A stretch of 64,000 nt of DNA from Nitrosopumilus sp. Its GTDB lineage: Archaea; Thermoproteota; Nitrososphaeria; Nitrososphaerales; Nitrosopumilaceae. The notes under the pieces were generated by a model. That model worked only from the letters and a program-made list of their open reading frames with translations, was not told where the DNA came from and searched no databases. Made by a program: the position numbers and the translations under genes. Positions 52,125-62,406 of this stretch are shown piece after piece. How positions within the stretch are numbered: position 1 is the first letter of the stretch; every line of letters starts with the position of its first letter. The stretch spans positions 1,760,001 to 1,824,000 of the forward strand of contig OZ241981.1 of assembly GCA_965204345.1 (NCBI GenBank), read 5' to 3'.

Positions 52125-52691
52125 TTAATCTTCTTCTAAAATCCATCCTGATTTGAGAATCCTCTGGTCCTCTGGCTCCCCTACGTTGGTGGCATATCTC
52201 CAGACACGTGGTTTATCCACAATCATTTTTTCCTTAATTTTTAGCAGTGATTCCATCTCTGAATTTAAATTCTGATCCGCATCTCCGTGCTCCTTGCAAA
52301 ATTTACATTTTTGATCCAGTACTATGGGCTCTGACTCGATTAGGGGATATGCATTACATGCAAGCGGCCTTTCCTTGTAAATTTTGCATGGAAATCCCCC
52401 GTGAGGCGATTTGTTGCCGCTGTCTATATCTAAGAATGGACACGTGTTGCCATTTTTTTCAGAGCCCATCATCTGATATGCCAGAATTTTTGTTGGTGCA
52501 GAATCCTCTTTTTCAGAGATGCCTATCCTTGGCAAAATTTTGATTTTTAATCCGTGTTTGTTTGCAAGTCTCTCTATTCTCTCTTTTTCCTCTGGAAGTA
52601 CGAGTACGCCTATTTTCCCAAATTTTTTACTTGGATAATATTCCCTTTCAATACAGCACTGGGAGCATTCTTTTATGCACCGGAATTCCAC
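52125..52691 (-). CDS. YkgJ-family cysteine-cluster protein
   Basis: CxxxCxxCC, CPFL and C.IY..RP.AC..YP motifs. Confidence 0.9.
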   Translation of the reverse strand: MEFRCIKECSQCCIEREYYPSKKFGKIGVLVLPEEKERIERLANKHGLKIKILPRIGISEKEDSAPTKILAYQMMGSEKNGNTCPFLDIDSGNKSPHGGFPCKIYKERPLACNAYPLIESEPIVLDQKCKFCKEHGDADQNLNSEMESLLKIKEKMIVDKPRVWRYATNVGEPEDQRILKSGWILEED

Positions 52692-52790
52692 ATATTTTCT
52701 GGAAATAATGCATAAAAATCTCTTGTGAAACGATTTATTTTTTCTCCCAAGAACCCTATCAGTTATATGCTCATGATCTTACTGAGCACT

Positions 52791-53102
52791 ATGGGCAAGC
52801 GCCAAGTAAAAAATGAAAGTGCACTTAAGGAGATCAGGTTGCCTGAAGAAGGTGAACTGTTTGGCCGTGTATTAAAAATGCTAGGCGGAGAAAATGTCAT
52901 GATCAAGTGTGATGATAATCTAACCCGGCGGGGAAGAATCAGGGGCAAACTAAAGAGACGAGTCTGGATCAGAGACAATGATATTGTAATTATTGCCCCC
53001 TGGGATTTTAAAGAGTCTGAACGTGGAGACATTGTTTGGAGGTTCACTTTGCCCCAAGTAGAGTGGCTAAAAGAAAATAATCACATCCCAAAAGATTTCT
53101 AG
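52791..53102 (+). CDS. eif1a: Translation initiation factor aIF-1A
   Basis: GRIRGKLKRRVWI, PWDF and GDIVWR motifs. Confidence 0.95.
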   Translation: MGKRQVKNESALKEIRLPEEGELFGRVLKMLGGENVMIKCDDNLTRRGRIRGKLKRRVWIRDNDIVIIAPWDFKESERGDIVWRFTLPQVEWLKENNHIPKDF

Positions 53103-53172
53103 TTCTTTCTGTCTGTGTCAATTTCATTTTGATGCCTTAGTTAATATAGTGAGTTAATTGCTTGAGAATCAA

Positions 53173-53367
53173 ATGGAACAAGGCACCGTAAAGTGGTTTA
53201 ACCGTACTAAGGGCTTTGGTTTTATCGAAAGAGAAGGTGGAGAAGGAGATCTATTTGTTCACAAATCAGATGTTGATGGATTCATCAATGAAGGCGATAA
53301 AGTCGAGTTTGAAGTAGGTGAAGGTCAAAAAGGACCAGCAGCCCAAAAAGTCAAAAAATCAGCATAG
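53173..53367 (+). CDS. csp: Cold-shock protein
   Basis: GTVKWFN..KGFGFI and DLFVH motifs. Confidence 0.95.
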   Translation: MEQGTVKWFNRTKGFGFIEREGGEGDLFVHKSDVDGFINEGDKVEFEVGEGQKGPAAQKVKKSA

Positions 53368-53383
53368 GCAACAATTTTTTAAT

Positions 53384-53879
53384 TTAAGATTTCAACTTTG
53401 TTTTCTTAAACCAGTCTATCTTTTTATTATTTTTAAAAACACAAAACTTGCAGATTGGCGCTGTGCTGTCACACATTTGCATTAATTTCCACCTGTCTGA
53501 AAATTTTTTTTCAAAGCTTAGATGGTGATGGCCTGCTGCAAGCCAACTCTGTACAAAAAAAAAAACAACAATTCCTGATGATATTCTAAAAGGAACTTGC
53601 AGATTATTATGCGCCAAAGTTATAGCAGCAGCCATGTCAGTTAAGATCCTCTGAGATCGACCAAGTTCTATTGTTTCTCCAGGTTTTTACTTGGAGATCG
53701 TTCTGGGTTAGAATAGAATCTTGTGCAAGATTAAATGCATTATATCACATGAAAAACGATTGGGATGAATCAAAAAAAAAAAACAACCGTCAAATATTTA
53801 CCAGCAAGATTATGGCAGCACATATGCCAATCAAGGCAAACATGTATTTTCTATACTTTGGATTGTTTGTCCGCATCAT
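53384..53879 (-). pseudogene. Possible decayed membrane-protein gene
   Basis: MMRTNNPKYRKYMFALIGICAAIILLVNI* followed by fragments broken around long A/T tracts. Confidence 0.3.
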
Positions 53880-53935
53880 TTCTCTTGCAACCCCTCTAAA
53901 GTCTCATGTTATAAATTATAAATCAATACGTGTCG

Positions 53936-54448
53936 TCATTTGTTTGTAATTTCTGTCTTTTTACCCAGTATGAGATTTCTTACCTTTATCATTTTGCGAG
54001 CCAGCATAAACCCACCTCCGGACATTGTACTGCCTAAAATCACATGTATTAGTGATGACTCTAGCTGTGGCGCAACTAGTATCACGTATGCAAATCCTCC
54101 AACCATCAACAAAATACCAAACCCTGCAAAGATTCCCATCATGATGGGAACCCTGGGAGGAACAGGTGGAAGCCCGCTGTTTACGGGATTCTCGGCATAA
54201 CCTGCGTCCTTGCAAATGGCACAGCAGCGTCTTTGTTTCTTTCCCTGCCACATAGAGTCCAAAAAGTAAAACTCTTGGTGGCAAGAGTCGCATATTCTCT
54301 TTGGAATTGTAACCCTGCCATGATCATCAAAGTCTTGACCAATCTTTTTCATACATTCCCTGCAAAAGTATCCTGAAATACGCCATTGTTTTTGAAAGTT
54401 ATACTTTTTCCATCCAAGCGTTATGTTGCATCCTGCACAAGATGTCAT
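53936..54448 (-). CDS. Membrane protein with double Zn-ribbon N-terminus
   Basis: Four CxxC-type pairs and two TM helices; directly downstream of dur3. Confidence 0.8.
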   Translation of the reverse strand: MTSCAGCNITLGWKKYNFQKQWRISGYFCRECMKKIGQDFDDHGRVTIPKRICDSCHQEFYFLDSMWQGKKQRRCCAICKDAGYAENPVNSGLPPVPPRVPIMMGIFAGFGILLMVGGFAYVILVAPQLESSLIHVILGSTMSGGGFMLARKMIKVRNLILGKKTEITNK

Positions 54449-54451
54449 TTA

Positions 54452-56431
54452 TTACGCCTCTGGGTTTGGTGTTTTTTTGCCTGAAAAAACTTGGGCAATT
54501 CCCTTTCGTGCCTCGATGATGGGCAAGAATATGATGAAAAATGACGCAACACTAACCCATACAATGGAGATTCCTACCCAAATACTATATGCCAAAACAT
54601 CAAACACCAGTCCGGATACAATCAAAGGAGCAGGCCATCCTATAATGAATATCAAGGTCATCAGGCCGCCTCCCTTGAGACTGAACTTGAATGCCTTTTT
54701 TAGTGTCTCCTCGTCTTCCATAACCTTGGCAGACTCTGCTGCAGAAAGTTCCACAAGTGTTATCTTTTCTTTGAGTTCCTTCCAGTCAAAGCTAGTCTTT
54801 GATGCAAGGCTGCCAAACAATGAAATTGCACCGCCAGTCAGGATTCCAGCAATATTTCCAAACAGCATTGAATAATTGTGACCAAGACTGGCAAGAGAGA
54901 TCTCCCCGCCAAACTCAGGCAATGAGGCAGCTACTGTGACCCAGGTACTAACAGCTACGACCAGACCGATAATTGCACCAAGTGTGGCTGCAACTCTGTT
55001 TGTCCGCTTCCACAGGATAGTAAGCGCAATAGGAATTACCGCAGATCCGATCAAGATTCCCATTGCAAGATACACAAAGCCCAAACTAAGACCCATAGCC
55101 AACAAGATAACTGCAAGACCGCCCATGCCTAAACCAAACCCTACAATTACCGCACGGGATACCTTGACTAGCTGCTTTCCTGTAGCGTTTGGATTCTTGT
55201 ATGTACGATAAATATCATAGGTAATTAACGAAGACACTGCAATCAGCTCAGCAGAGCCTGCAGAGGTTACTGCCATAAACAGCATTGTCAATACCATGAT
55301 GGCTCCAATCTCTCCCATCAGGGCAGTAGCAGCAGCGGGAACTACCAGACCTAACTGCACCTGCTCTGGAGTCAAGTCTACATTTAGCGCTATGGCAGTA
55401 AGACCCATCGTAGTTGCCAAAGTAAAAGGAATGGCAAACCAGCAAGCACCGCCTAGCAAGAATCCCTTTACAGTTGATGAGGGCTTTGCAGCAATTGCCC
55501 TCTGCCAGTATGCCTGGTCTACAAAGACCGTTCCAAAGTTTCCTACAATATTGATAATACCAAACATCAGGCCACCAATGGATGCCATCGTCAAAAATGC
55601 ACCAGCTGCATTTCCTTCTACTGGACTGAGTTTAGCTGCCTCAACGAGTTTCTCATACATGCCTTCAACTCCTCCGGTAATGTCGCTATTGAGATATACG
55701 GCAGCAACAAAAGTAAGTATCACAACAAAAATGACTATGGTGTGCATGTAATCTGCAACAAAAGTAGCCTTGAGACCTCCAACTAGGGTATATATCATAA
55801 CGCCTATCGGAATCAAAAATGCTGCCAGGGAAATATTCATGCCTGTCAGACCGTTGACAACTGCTGCTCCTCCAAGTAACAGCATGGAAGTTACGATCAT
55901 GTTGGTTGTCAGTGCAAAAACAAGAAAGACCTTGTGAGAACCGGTGCCAAATCTTGCACGTATAATCTCCAAAAATGTATGTGCATTTGGAGCTTTACGC
56001 TTTAGCTCTATGGCCAATATTCCAAACAGCAAGACCTGAATTGACGCACCAGCTGCATACCAAAAGGGACCACTAATACCATACTGATAAGCAACTGTGG
56101 ATGACTGTAGCAGGGTTGCAGCCCATGTCCAGGCAGAGACAATGGCAGCAGCTGTCAGCCCAGTCTTGATTGTTCGTCCTGCCGTGTTAAACATCTCAGA
56201 GGTCTGATGCACCCCCAAGTATCTCTCCTCAATCTTTACCTCTATTGTAATTATGACTGCAAAGACTGCACCAAGACCTACAACTACAGCCCAACCAATC
56301 CATTCAGGTAAAGCCTCACCGATTGCAAACCCTTCTGAGATTGCACCTGCACCATATGCATCATCAGGTAAATAGTAACTAAATATTATGGCAAGCAACA
56401 TAAAAATTGGAAATATTGTTAATATTTTCAC
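54452..56431 (-). CDS. dur3: Urea active transporter DUR3 (SSS family)
   Basis: SAWTWAATLLQS, GPFWYAAGA and NFGTVFVDQAYW motifs; next to urease. Confidence 0.93.
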   Translation of the reverse strand: MKILTIFPIFMLLAIIFSYYLPDDAYGAGAISEGFAIGEALPEWIGWAVVVGLGAVFAVIITIEVKIEERYLGVHQTSEMFNTAGRTIKTGLTAAAIVSAWTWAATLLQSSTVAYQYGISGPFWYAAGASIQVLLFGILAIELKRKAPNAHTFLEIIRARFGTGSHKVFLVFALTTNMIVTSMLLLGGAAVVNGLTGMNISLAAFLIPIGVMIYTLVGGLKATFVADYMHTIVIFVVILTFVAAVYLNSDITGGVEGMYEKLVEAAKLSPVEGNAAGAFLTMASIGGLMFGIINIVGNFGTVFVDQAYWQRAIAAKPSSTVKGFLLGGACWFAIPFTLATTMGLTAIALNVDLTPEQVQLGLVVPAAATALMGEIGAIMVLTMLFMAVTSAGSAELIAVSSLITYDIYRTYKNPNATGKQLVKVSRAVIVGFGLGMGGLAVILLAMGLSLGFVYLAMGILIGSAVIPIALTILWKRTNRVAATLGAIIGLVVAVSTWVTVAASLPEFGGEISLASLGHNYSMLFGNIAGILTGGAISLFGSLASKTSFDWKELKEKITLVELSAAESAKVMEDEETLKKAFKFSLKGGGLMTLIFIIGWPAPLIVSGLVFDVLAYSIWVGISIVWVSVASFFIIFLPIIEARKGIAQVFSGKKTPNPEA

Positions 56432-56506
56432 TGATTATATTTTACGCTCAAGTATATAAAACTGATCAATTTGTCCAATTTTTTAATTAAAAGAAATTCT
56501 TTAGTA

Positions 56507-58219
56507 CTAGTACAAATGGTACAATCTGGATAAAGACACCTTGTCTGCAGGATTTACAGTTGTAATTTTCCCATCAACTTTTACCTCATATGTCTCAGGG
56601 TTGATCTCAATGTGCGGCGTGAGATCATTGTACAGCATATCCTTTTTTCCTATGTTGCGACAGTTCCTTACAGGAACCAGCCTCTTGCTGATGTTGAGTT
56701 TTGATGCTAGTCCATTCTCTAATGCCAGCTTGGATGTAAATGTAACCGATGTCGAATATTTTGCACTGCCAAGAGCTCCAAACATTGGCTTGTAATGGAC
56801 TGGCTCAGTTGTGGGTATTGATGCGCCGGTATCACCCATTAAAGAATATGCAATAAACCCGCCCTTGATAATCATTTTTGGCTTGACTCCAAAAAATGGC
56901 GGCATCCAAATTACAATGTCTGCTAATTTTCCCGGCTGCAGCGAGCCGACATGCTCGGAGATTCCATGAGTTATTGCAGGGTTTATCGTAATTTTTGCCA
57001 GATATCTTTTTGCACGAAGGTTGTCATTTTGACCAGTCTCCTCTGAAAGCCGTCCCGTCGTCTTTTTCATCTTGTCTGCTGTCTGCCAGTTTCGTATGGT
57101 TACCTCTGATACTCTGCCCATTGCCTGACTGTCTGATGACATCATGCTGAGTACCCCCATATCATGCAGCACATCCTCAGCAGCTATTGTCTCTCCACGT
57201 ATTCGAGATTCAGCAAAGGATACGTCTTCTGGCACCGAGGGATTAAGGTGGTGGCATACCATCATCATGTCTAGGTGCTCTGCAAGTGTGTTTGTAGTAA
57301 ACGGCCTTGTGGGATTTGTTGATGACGGCAAAATATTTTTTTCACCTGCAATCTTCATTATGTCAGGAGCATGACCGCCACCGGCTCCCTCTGTGTGGTA
57401 TGTGTGGATTGTTCTGCCGGCAATGGCCTGTATAGTATCATCTACAAAACCGCATTCGTTTAACGTATCAGTATGAATTGCAACTTGGGTGTCTGTTTTA
57501 TCAGCTACACGCAATGCAGAATCAATTGTAGCTGGGGTAGTGCCCCAGTCCTCATGCAGTTTCAAACCGCAAGCACCAGCTTGTATCTGCTCTAAAAGAG
57601 CTGGCTCTAGAGAATCATTTCCCTTGCACAAAAATCCAAAGTTTAGCGGAAATTCATCTGCTGCCTCAATCATTCTATGAATATTCCAAGCTCCAGGCGT
57701 GCATGTTGTGGCATTTGTCCCGTCTGCAGGTCCTGTACCGCCTCCGATCATTGTAGTTGTCCCGCTGCAAATCGCATCAATTGCCTGCTGTGGCGAGATA
57801 AAATGTATGTGAGAGTCAATGGCACCCGGAGTGCAAATCGTATGCTCACCTGCAATTACTTCGGTATTTGATGAGATTACCATATCGATATCATCCATGA
57901 TGTATGGATTACCAGCATTGCCTATTCCAGCTATTTTACCATCCTTTATTCCAATGTCTCCTTTGACTATTCCCAAGACTGGATCCATTATGACGGCATT
58001 AGTAATTACAAGATCAAGCGAGTCTTCCCGTTTTATTCCACTTGCCTGGCCCTGTCCGTCCCTTGCACTCTTTCCTCCGCCAAATACTATCTCATCCCCG
58101 TAATTTAGCAAGTCTTTTTCAACCTCTATTATCAATTCAGTATCAGCCAGCCTGATCTTGTCGCCAACTGATGGGCCAAAAAGATCAACGTACTGCTTTC
58201 TTGGAATCAAAAGTGTCAT
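56507..58219 (-). CDS. ureC: Urease alpha subunit
   Basis: [20 protein letters not shown] and SDSQAMGR motifs. Confidence 0.98.
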   Translation of the reverse strand: MTLLIPRKQYVDLFGPSVGDKIRLADTELIIEVEKDLLNYGDEIVFGGGKSARDGQGQASGIKREDSLDLVITNAVIMDPVLGIVKGDIGIKDGKIAGIGNAGNPYIMDDIDMVISSNTEVIAGEHTICTPGAIDSHIHFISPQQAIDAICSGTTTMIGGGTGPADGTNATTCTPGAWNIHRMIEAADEFPLNFGFLCKGNDSLEPALLEQIQAGACGLKLHEDWGTTPATIDSALRVADKTDTQVAIHTDTLNECGFVDDTIQAIAGRTIHTYHTEGAGGGHAPDIMKIAGEKNILPSSTNPTRPFTTNTLAEHLDMMMVCHHLNPSVPEDVSFAESRIRGETIAAEDVLHDMGVLSMMSSDSQAMGRVSEVTIRNWQTADKMKKTTGRLSEETGQNDNLRAKRYLAKITINPAITHGISEHVGSLQPGKLADIVIWMPPFFGVKPKMIIKGGFIAYSLMGDTGASIPTTEPVHYKPMFGALGSAKYSTSVTFTSKLALENGLASKLNISKRLVPVRNCRNIGKKDMLYNDLTPHIEINPETYEVKVDGKITTVNPADKVSLSRLYHLY

Positions 58220-58581
58220 GATATATGCCTGAATCCCTGTGTCTTTGCTTTTTGCAATGCCATTGATTTTTTTTCATCCAATGGTCCGTTTACTAGCCCG
58301 CTGAATCCAAAGACGGTTTTTTTTCCGCCAAACTCTGTTAGTTCTATCTTCCTTGAATCGCCTGGCTCAAACCTCAGGGAGGTTCCTGCAGGAATGTTCA
58401 GATGAGTACCATAGGATTTTTCTCTGTCAAATGATAGATTCTTGTTTGCCTCAAAGAAATGGGTGTGTGATCCCACTTGTATTGGCCTATCACCGGTGTT
58501 TGTAACTTGGATGGTGAGAACTGTTTTTCCCTGGTTTGCAATAACTGGCTGGTTGGAAATAATGTATTCTCCAGGTATCAT
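58216..58581 (-). CDS. ureB: Urease beta subunit
   Basis: [17 protein letters not shown] and RFEPG motifs. Confidence 0.97.
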   Translation of the reverse strand: MIPGEYIISNQPVIANQGKTVLTIQVTNTGDRPIQVGSHTHFFEANKNLSFDREKSYGTHLNIPAGTSLRFEPGDSRKIELTEFGGKKTVFGFSGLVNGPLDEKKSMALQKAKTQGFRHIS

Positions 58582-58587
58582 AACATA

Positions 58588-58890
58588 TCACACAATGGGA
58601 TCATGTACCGTAACTAACTTTGTCCCGTCCTCAAACGTAGCCTCAACTTGAATAGAATGAATCAACTCTGTAACCTCGGGCAAAACATCATCCTTTGTTA
58701 AAACTTTTTTTCCAGAACTCATAATATGTGATACGGATTTGCCATCACGTGCTGCCTCTAGTATATGATCAGTAATTATTGCAACTGCCTCCGGATGATT
58801 CAACTTTAATCCCCTCTCCTTTCTTCTCATGGCTAGCTGCGCCGCAAGAAAGACATAAAGCTTGTCTATTTCTCTTGGCGTCAACATCAT
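58588..58890 (-). CDS. ureA: Urease gamma subunit
   Basis: MLTPRE.DKL, LNHPEA and [11 protein letters not shown] motifs. Confidence 0.97.
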   Translation of the reverse strand: MMLTPREIDKLYVFLAAQLAMRRKERGLKLNHPEAVAIITDHILEAARDGKSVSHIMSSGKKVLTKDDVLPEVTELIHSIQVEATFEDGTKLVTVHDPIV

Positions 58891-58982
58891 AACTGAAGCT
58901 ACCACTATCAGATATTTAATAATTGATAAAACAGTTCCAGCAAACTCATTATTACATAAAGTGAGACAAAGGGGGTGATAGA

Positions 58983-59139
58983 ATGCCAGCAGAGATGAAA
59001 CCTGATGAGGAGACACGAGGCATGGTTTGCGGTGGCTGTGGCCATGCGTTTTCAAGTCACAAGATCAGTAAACACAAAGACATCCAAACTTGACGGCAAA
59101 TGCAAAGTGTGTGGTTCTAAAAGCCTATCTGAAGGATAG
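58983..59139 (+). pseudogene. Small Zn-finger protein with a frameshift
   Basis: [23 protein letters not shown] in one frame and ...KLDGKCKVCGSKSLSEG* in the +1 frame. Confidence 0.5.
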
Positions 59140-59273
59140 CACAATTTTTAATTTATTTTTTTATATATTTGTAATTTTGCGTTTTGGATTGTCAAAATGA
59201 TTATCATCCCTGATGTCAATTCCATCTTTGTCGGCTGGTGTATTGCGAAGAGATGTTTTTCTTAAATTATCTA

Positions 59274-59528
59274 ATTCATCTTCGACATTTTTTTGTTCTG
59301 TTTAGACAATGTCCTTTACCATAGGCCAAATTTATCATTACATTCTTTGCACTAACGTTACTGATTGCCAACATCAGGAATTTCCTGAAGGGTTTGAAAT
59401 CGCAGAGATAATGTTTATTGACAATAAAAAAAATTGACATGCACCGTAAATTGGCTGAAAAAGAAGCATGCCGTAACTCAATATAACTACTTAAATAACG
59501 AAAGCACATAGGGATTGGTAATAACATG
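59274..59528 (+). promoter_or_regulatory. Duplicated 252-bp upstream region, copy 1
   Basis: Matches 62152-62406; 59337-59513 differs from 62215-62391 at one base by eye. Contains palindromes TCAGGAATTTCCTGA and TTTATTGACAATAAA, and TATA-like TTAAATAA. Confidence 0.85.
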
Positions 59529-60266
59529 AATAACAAAACAAAAACTACATTGATTACAAGCTTAATCTTAGGATTAAATATAATGGCACTAATACCAATT
59601 GTTCAGGCCGATTTAGGACAACATGCTTGTTTGGATAGTAACGGTGGTTCACATTGTTACGCTATTGCCATACTTGAATGGGTACAATGGCCTTGGGGTT
59701 CTGATGAACGAGAAGAATATGGTGTTAAAGGAAATCTAAAAGTAGAAAGTGTTACAACTGCAAGTGGCACTGATCATTTTAGTGTCCATTCTATGTGGAT
59801 TAGAGACCCTGTAGATGGAACATGGGTAGAAGTTGGATGGATGCGAGGTGATGATACAAGTGTTTGTGGAGCCTATGCTGCTACAACTCCTAGATATTAT
59901 TGGGTATCCTATGACGGAAGTAATGGCGTTCCAGACAGTGGATGCAAAACAAATGTATCTGCATCAGGAACACCTTACTTTGAGTTATCTGACACTAATA
60001 AGGACGGTGATTGGTTAATCAAAGCATCATCATATACACTTCAAAGTGCAAGAACTAATGACTTTGGAAAAGGAAATGTACATGTGGGTGGAGAATCAAC
60101 TCATCATCAAAATACTATGAATAGTAAAGCAACTAATCTACAGTATTATGATACACAGTGGAGAAACTGGTCAGACAATATCCTGACTGAAACACACAGA
60201 TATTATAGTATTGATGAATGTACCGCGACATCATTTGAATTTGGGAGTGATAACCCATCATGTTAG
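59526..60266 (+). CDS. Secreted neprosin-like glutamic peptidase
   Basis: Signal peptide, then YGVKGNL...FSVHSMWI...WVEVGW...RYYW...GDW...VGGES, in the motif order of the neprosin (G3) domain. Confidence 0.65.
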   Translation: MNNKTKTTLITSLILGLNIMALIPIVQADLGQHACLDSNGGSHCYAIAILEWVQWPWGSDEREEYGVKGNLKVESVTTASGTDHFSVHSMWIRDPVDGTWVEVGWMRGDDTSVCGAYAATTPRYYWVSYDGSNGVPDSGCKTNVSASGTPYFELSDTNKDGDWLIKASSYTLQSARTNDFGKGNVHVGGESTHHQNTMNSKATNLQYYDTQWRNWSDNILTETHRYYSIDECTATSFEFGSDNPSC

Positions 60267-60907
60267 AGAAGAAATTTGTTATTTATGGAATGGTTGCAAT
60301 TGTAGCTATTTCATTAGGCGGAATGTCTTTTCTTACTAACAACGAGGTTTCTGTGAATAGTGATGCAGAAATACATGTGGGAACTTCCCCAGAACATAGA
60401 TTGTCAAGCGTGTATCCCCAACCTCCCCCATTACCTGCACAAAAAATAGTGTCTAATTCTGTAGATCTTCAAAAAATACAAAAACATGCGGGATTTACAT
60501 TGTTAGAGCCTAAACTTCCAAAAGATTTTGTCGTACTTAGTGCAACGTATAATCCAATCTATGATGAAGCTACGATATACTATGGACATGAATCTCTTCT
60601 ATCTTTAATTGGTGATGATTTAACAATGGATGATTTACTGGACATGGGGGTTGTTGTAATTGACTATGAAAGACGAAGCAATATGGACAACATAGATGCA
60701 AAAATAGCAAAACACTCTCAGCACAGCAAGGGTGCCGCCTTTGATGTAGATGACAAGAAAGGATATTTAGTCGAGGATGACTTTGTGAATCGCAAAAAGG
60801 CTGTAATCTTTGATGAAACAGAAGGTATTGAAATAACTATTGTTTATAATGAAGGTTCAATGTCACAAGTAAAAGAAATAGCACAATCATTGTATTCCCA
60901 AAAGTAA
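60260..60907 (+). CDS. Membrane-anchored protein, DUF4367-like
   Basis: N-terminal TM helix; AGFTLLEPKLPKDF...IYY...V...KGY...S..VKEIAQSL; overlaps the upstream stop. Confidence 0.7.
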   Translation: MLEKKFVIYGMVAIVAISLGGMSFLTNNEVSVNSDAEIHVGTSPEHRLSSVYPQPPPLPAQKIVSNSVDLQKIQKHAGFTLLEPKLPKDFVVLSATYNPIYDEATIYYGHESLLSLIGDDLTMDDLLDMGVVVIDYERRSNMDNIDAKIAKHSQHSKGAAFDVDDKKGYLVEDDFVNRKKAVIFDETEGIEITIVYNEGSMSQVKEIAQSLYSQK

Positions 60908-60959
60908 AATTCAATGATTCTGTTAGAACTCTTTTCTCTTTTTTTATTACTAGTGAATA

Positions 60960-61261
60960 AAAGGGAACCACTACAGACCAATCAAGGTAGCACTGTGAGA
61001 CATGCGGGTTCATTGTCTACCACGTACGCGATTGTAAATCAATCCTTTGTGGATGCCTTTCCAGTATCACACGAAATTTCAGCAAGAATACAGATAGATA
61101 ATCAGGAAAAAACTTTGGGACCCTTTGTAGGAATTGACAAAATAGATCAAAGAGATAGCGTATATCTAGGCGGACGTTGTGGTGGCGGAACAGGCGATGA
61201 GAGGAACTGTGGGACTTTCTCATTAACCGTCTATGCTGAACCTGCAACATTTGAGACATAA
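60960..61261 (+). pseudogene. Orphan C-terminal fragment of a secreted protein
   Basis: No credible start or signal peptide (the ORF's first codons read through a T-tract). Followed by a T-tract and a partner gene, as the 62404 gene is. Confidence 0.45.
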
Positions 61262-61293
61262 TGCTTATCTCAAATCCCTTCATTTTTTTATCT

Positions 61294-61986
61294 ATGAAAA
61301 AATGGATCCCAATCTCCATTGGATGTATCTTTTTAGTGACTGTTGGGTATTTGTATGCAGAATATGATTATGAGAATAGAACCTATGTAATACCGATGAG
61401 AGAATCCATCCTAGTCCCAGATGTATCTGATGTACATTATGAACCCATCTACAGTGAAAGATTCTGGCTATCAATGGAGAGGATCACACCTTTGAATGAC
61501 GGCTCCATACGCATAGACTTTTCACAAAACGGCTGGACAGACACATCGGTTATTCCGTTAATACCAGAATTTGAACATTCTGAGAACATAAAAATAAACC
61601 AGATGTTTGCAGTTATGTGTCTTCCACTCAAAGAAGAGGATCACAAGATGCTGTGTGATGACACAGATGATCAAGATGCAAGAGCATGTACGACCCCCTT
61701 AACGGGCGGAACTCCTTCGGTAGTAAATTTTCTACAATATCTTGGAATGACGCCTGACAGGAATGGCGTCTTGTCATACAAGTTCTTCCACGTTTCTGCA
61801 GATTTGCAAGAGTACATGCCATGCGACTATCCAAAGGTCATAAGGAACTCCGTTGATGTAAGAACCCTCTATTACGACCCTGATATCATATATCCTAATG
61901 ATGTAGAATGGCATAACAGAACCGAGGAGCAGAGACAACAGTTACATGATCAAATTGATGCGATAAATAGTGCGCAGACCCCATGA
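61294..61986 (+). CDS. Membrane-anchored partner protein B
   Basis: N-terminal TM helix; resembles 63621..64000 (SI.I.F...IP.FE....V...F.V.C). Confidence 0.8.
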   Translation: MKKWIPISIGCIFLVTVGYLYAEYDYENRTYVIPMRESILVPDVSDVHYEPIYSERFWLSMERITPLNDGSIRIDFSQNGWTDTSVIPLIPEFEHSENIKINQMFAVMCLPLKEEDHKMLCDDTDDQDARACTTPLTGGTPSVVNFLQYLGMTPDRNGVLSYKFFHVSADLQEYMPCDYPKVIRNSVDVRTLYYDPDIIYPNDVEWHNRTEEQRQQLHDQIDAINSAQTP

Positions 61987-62011
61987 TCAATGGATGGAAG
62001 TGGATCCCAAC

Positions 62012-62062
62012 CGGTTCTCCATCAAATTCAAGTGATCATATTATCAAAATTTGCCAGAACCG
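62012..62062. repeat. Imperfect palindrome with MITE-like end
   Basis: CGGTTCT...ATCAAAATTTGCCAGAACCG, similar to 44251-44296. Confidence 0.45.
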
Positions 62063-62151
62063 ATAAAACAATCCAAGCAGTTGGATCTTATCAATTGCAC
62101 ATAAAGTTCATTGTATTTCTTTGATTTTATTATGAGTAATGTAGAGGCTGC

Positions 62152-62406
62152 ATTCATCTTCAATATTTTTTTGGCCTGTTTAGACAATATCTTCTTGCTA
62201 TAGACAAATTTACTATTACATTCTTTGCACTAACGTTACTGATTGCCAACATCAAGAATTTCCTGAAGGGTTTGAAATCGCAGAGATAATGTTTATTGAC
62301 AATAAAAAAAATTGACATGCACCGTAAATTGGCTGAAAAAGAAGCATGCCGTAACTCAATATAACTACTTAAATAACGAAAGCACATAGGGGTTAGTAAT
62401 AACATG
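62152..62406 (+). promoter_or_regulatory. Duplicated 252-bp upstream region, copy 2
   Basis: Matches 59274-59528. Confidence 0.85.

Noticed and set aside
44251-62062. Integron attC sites
   Set aside because: The palindromes lack the RYYYAAC...GTTRRRY arrangement and no IntI-like recombinase is present.
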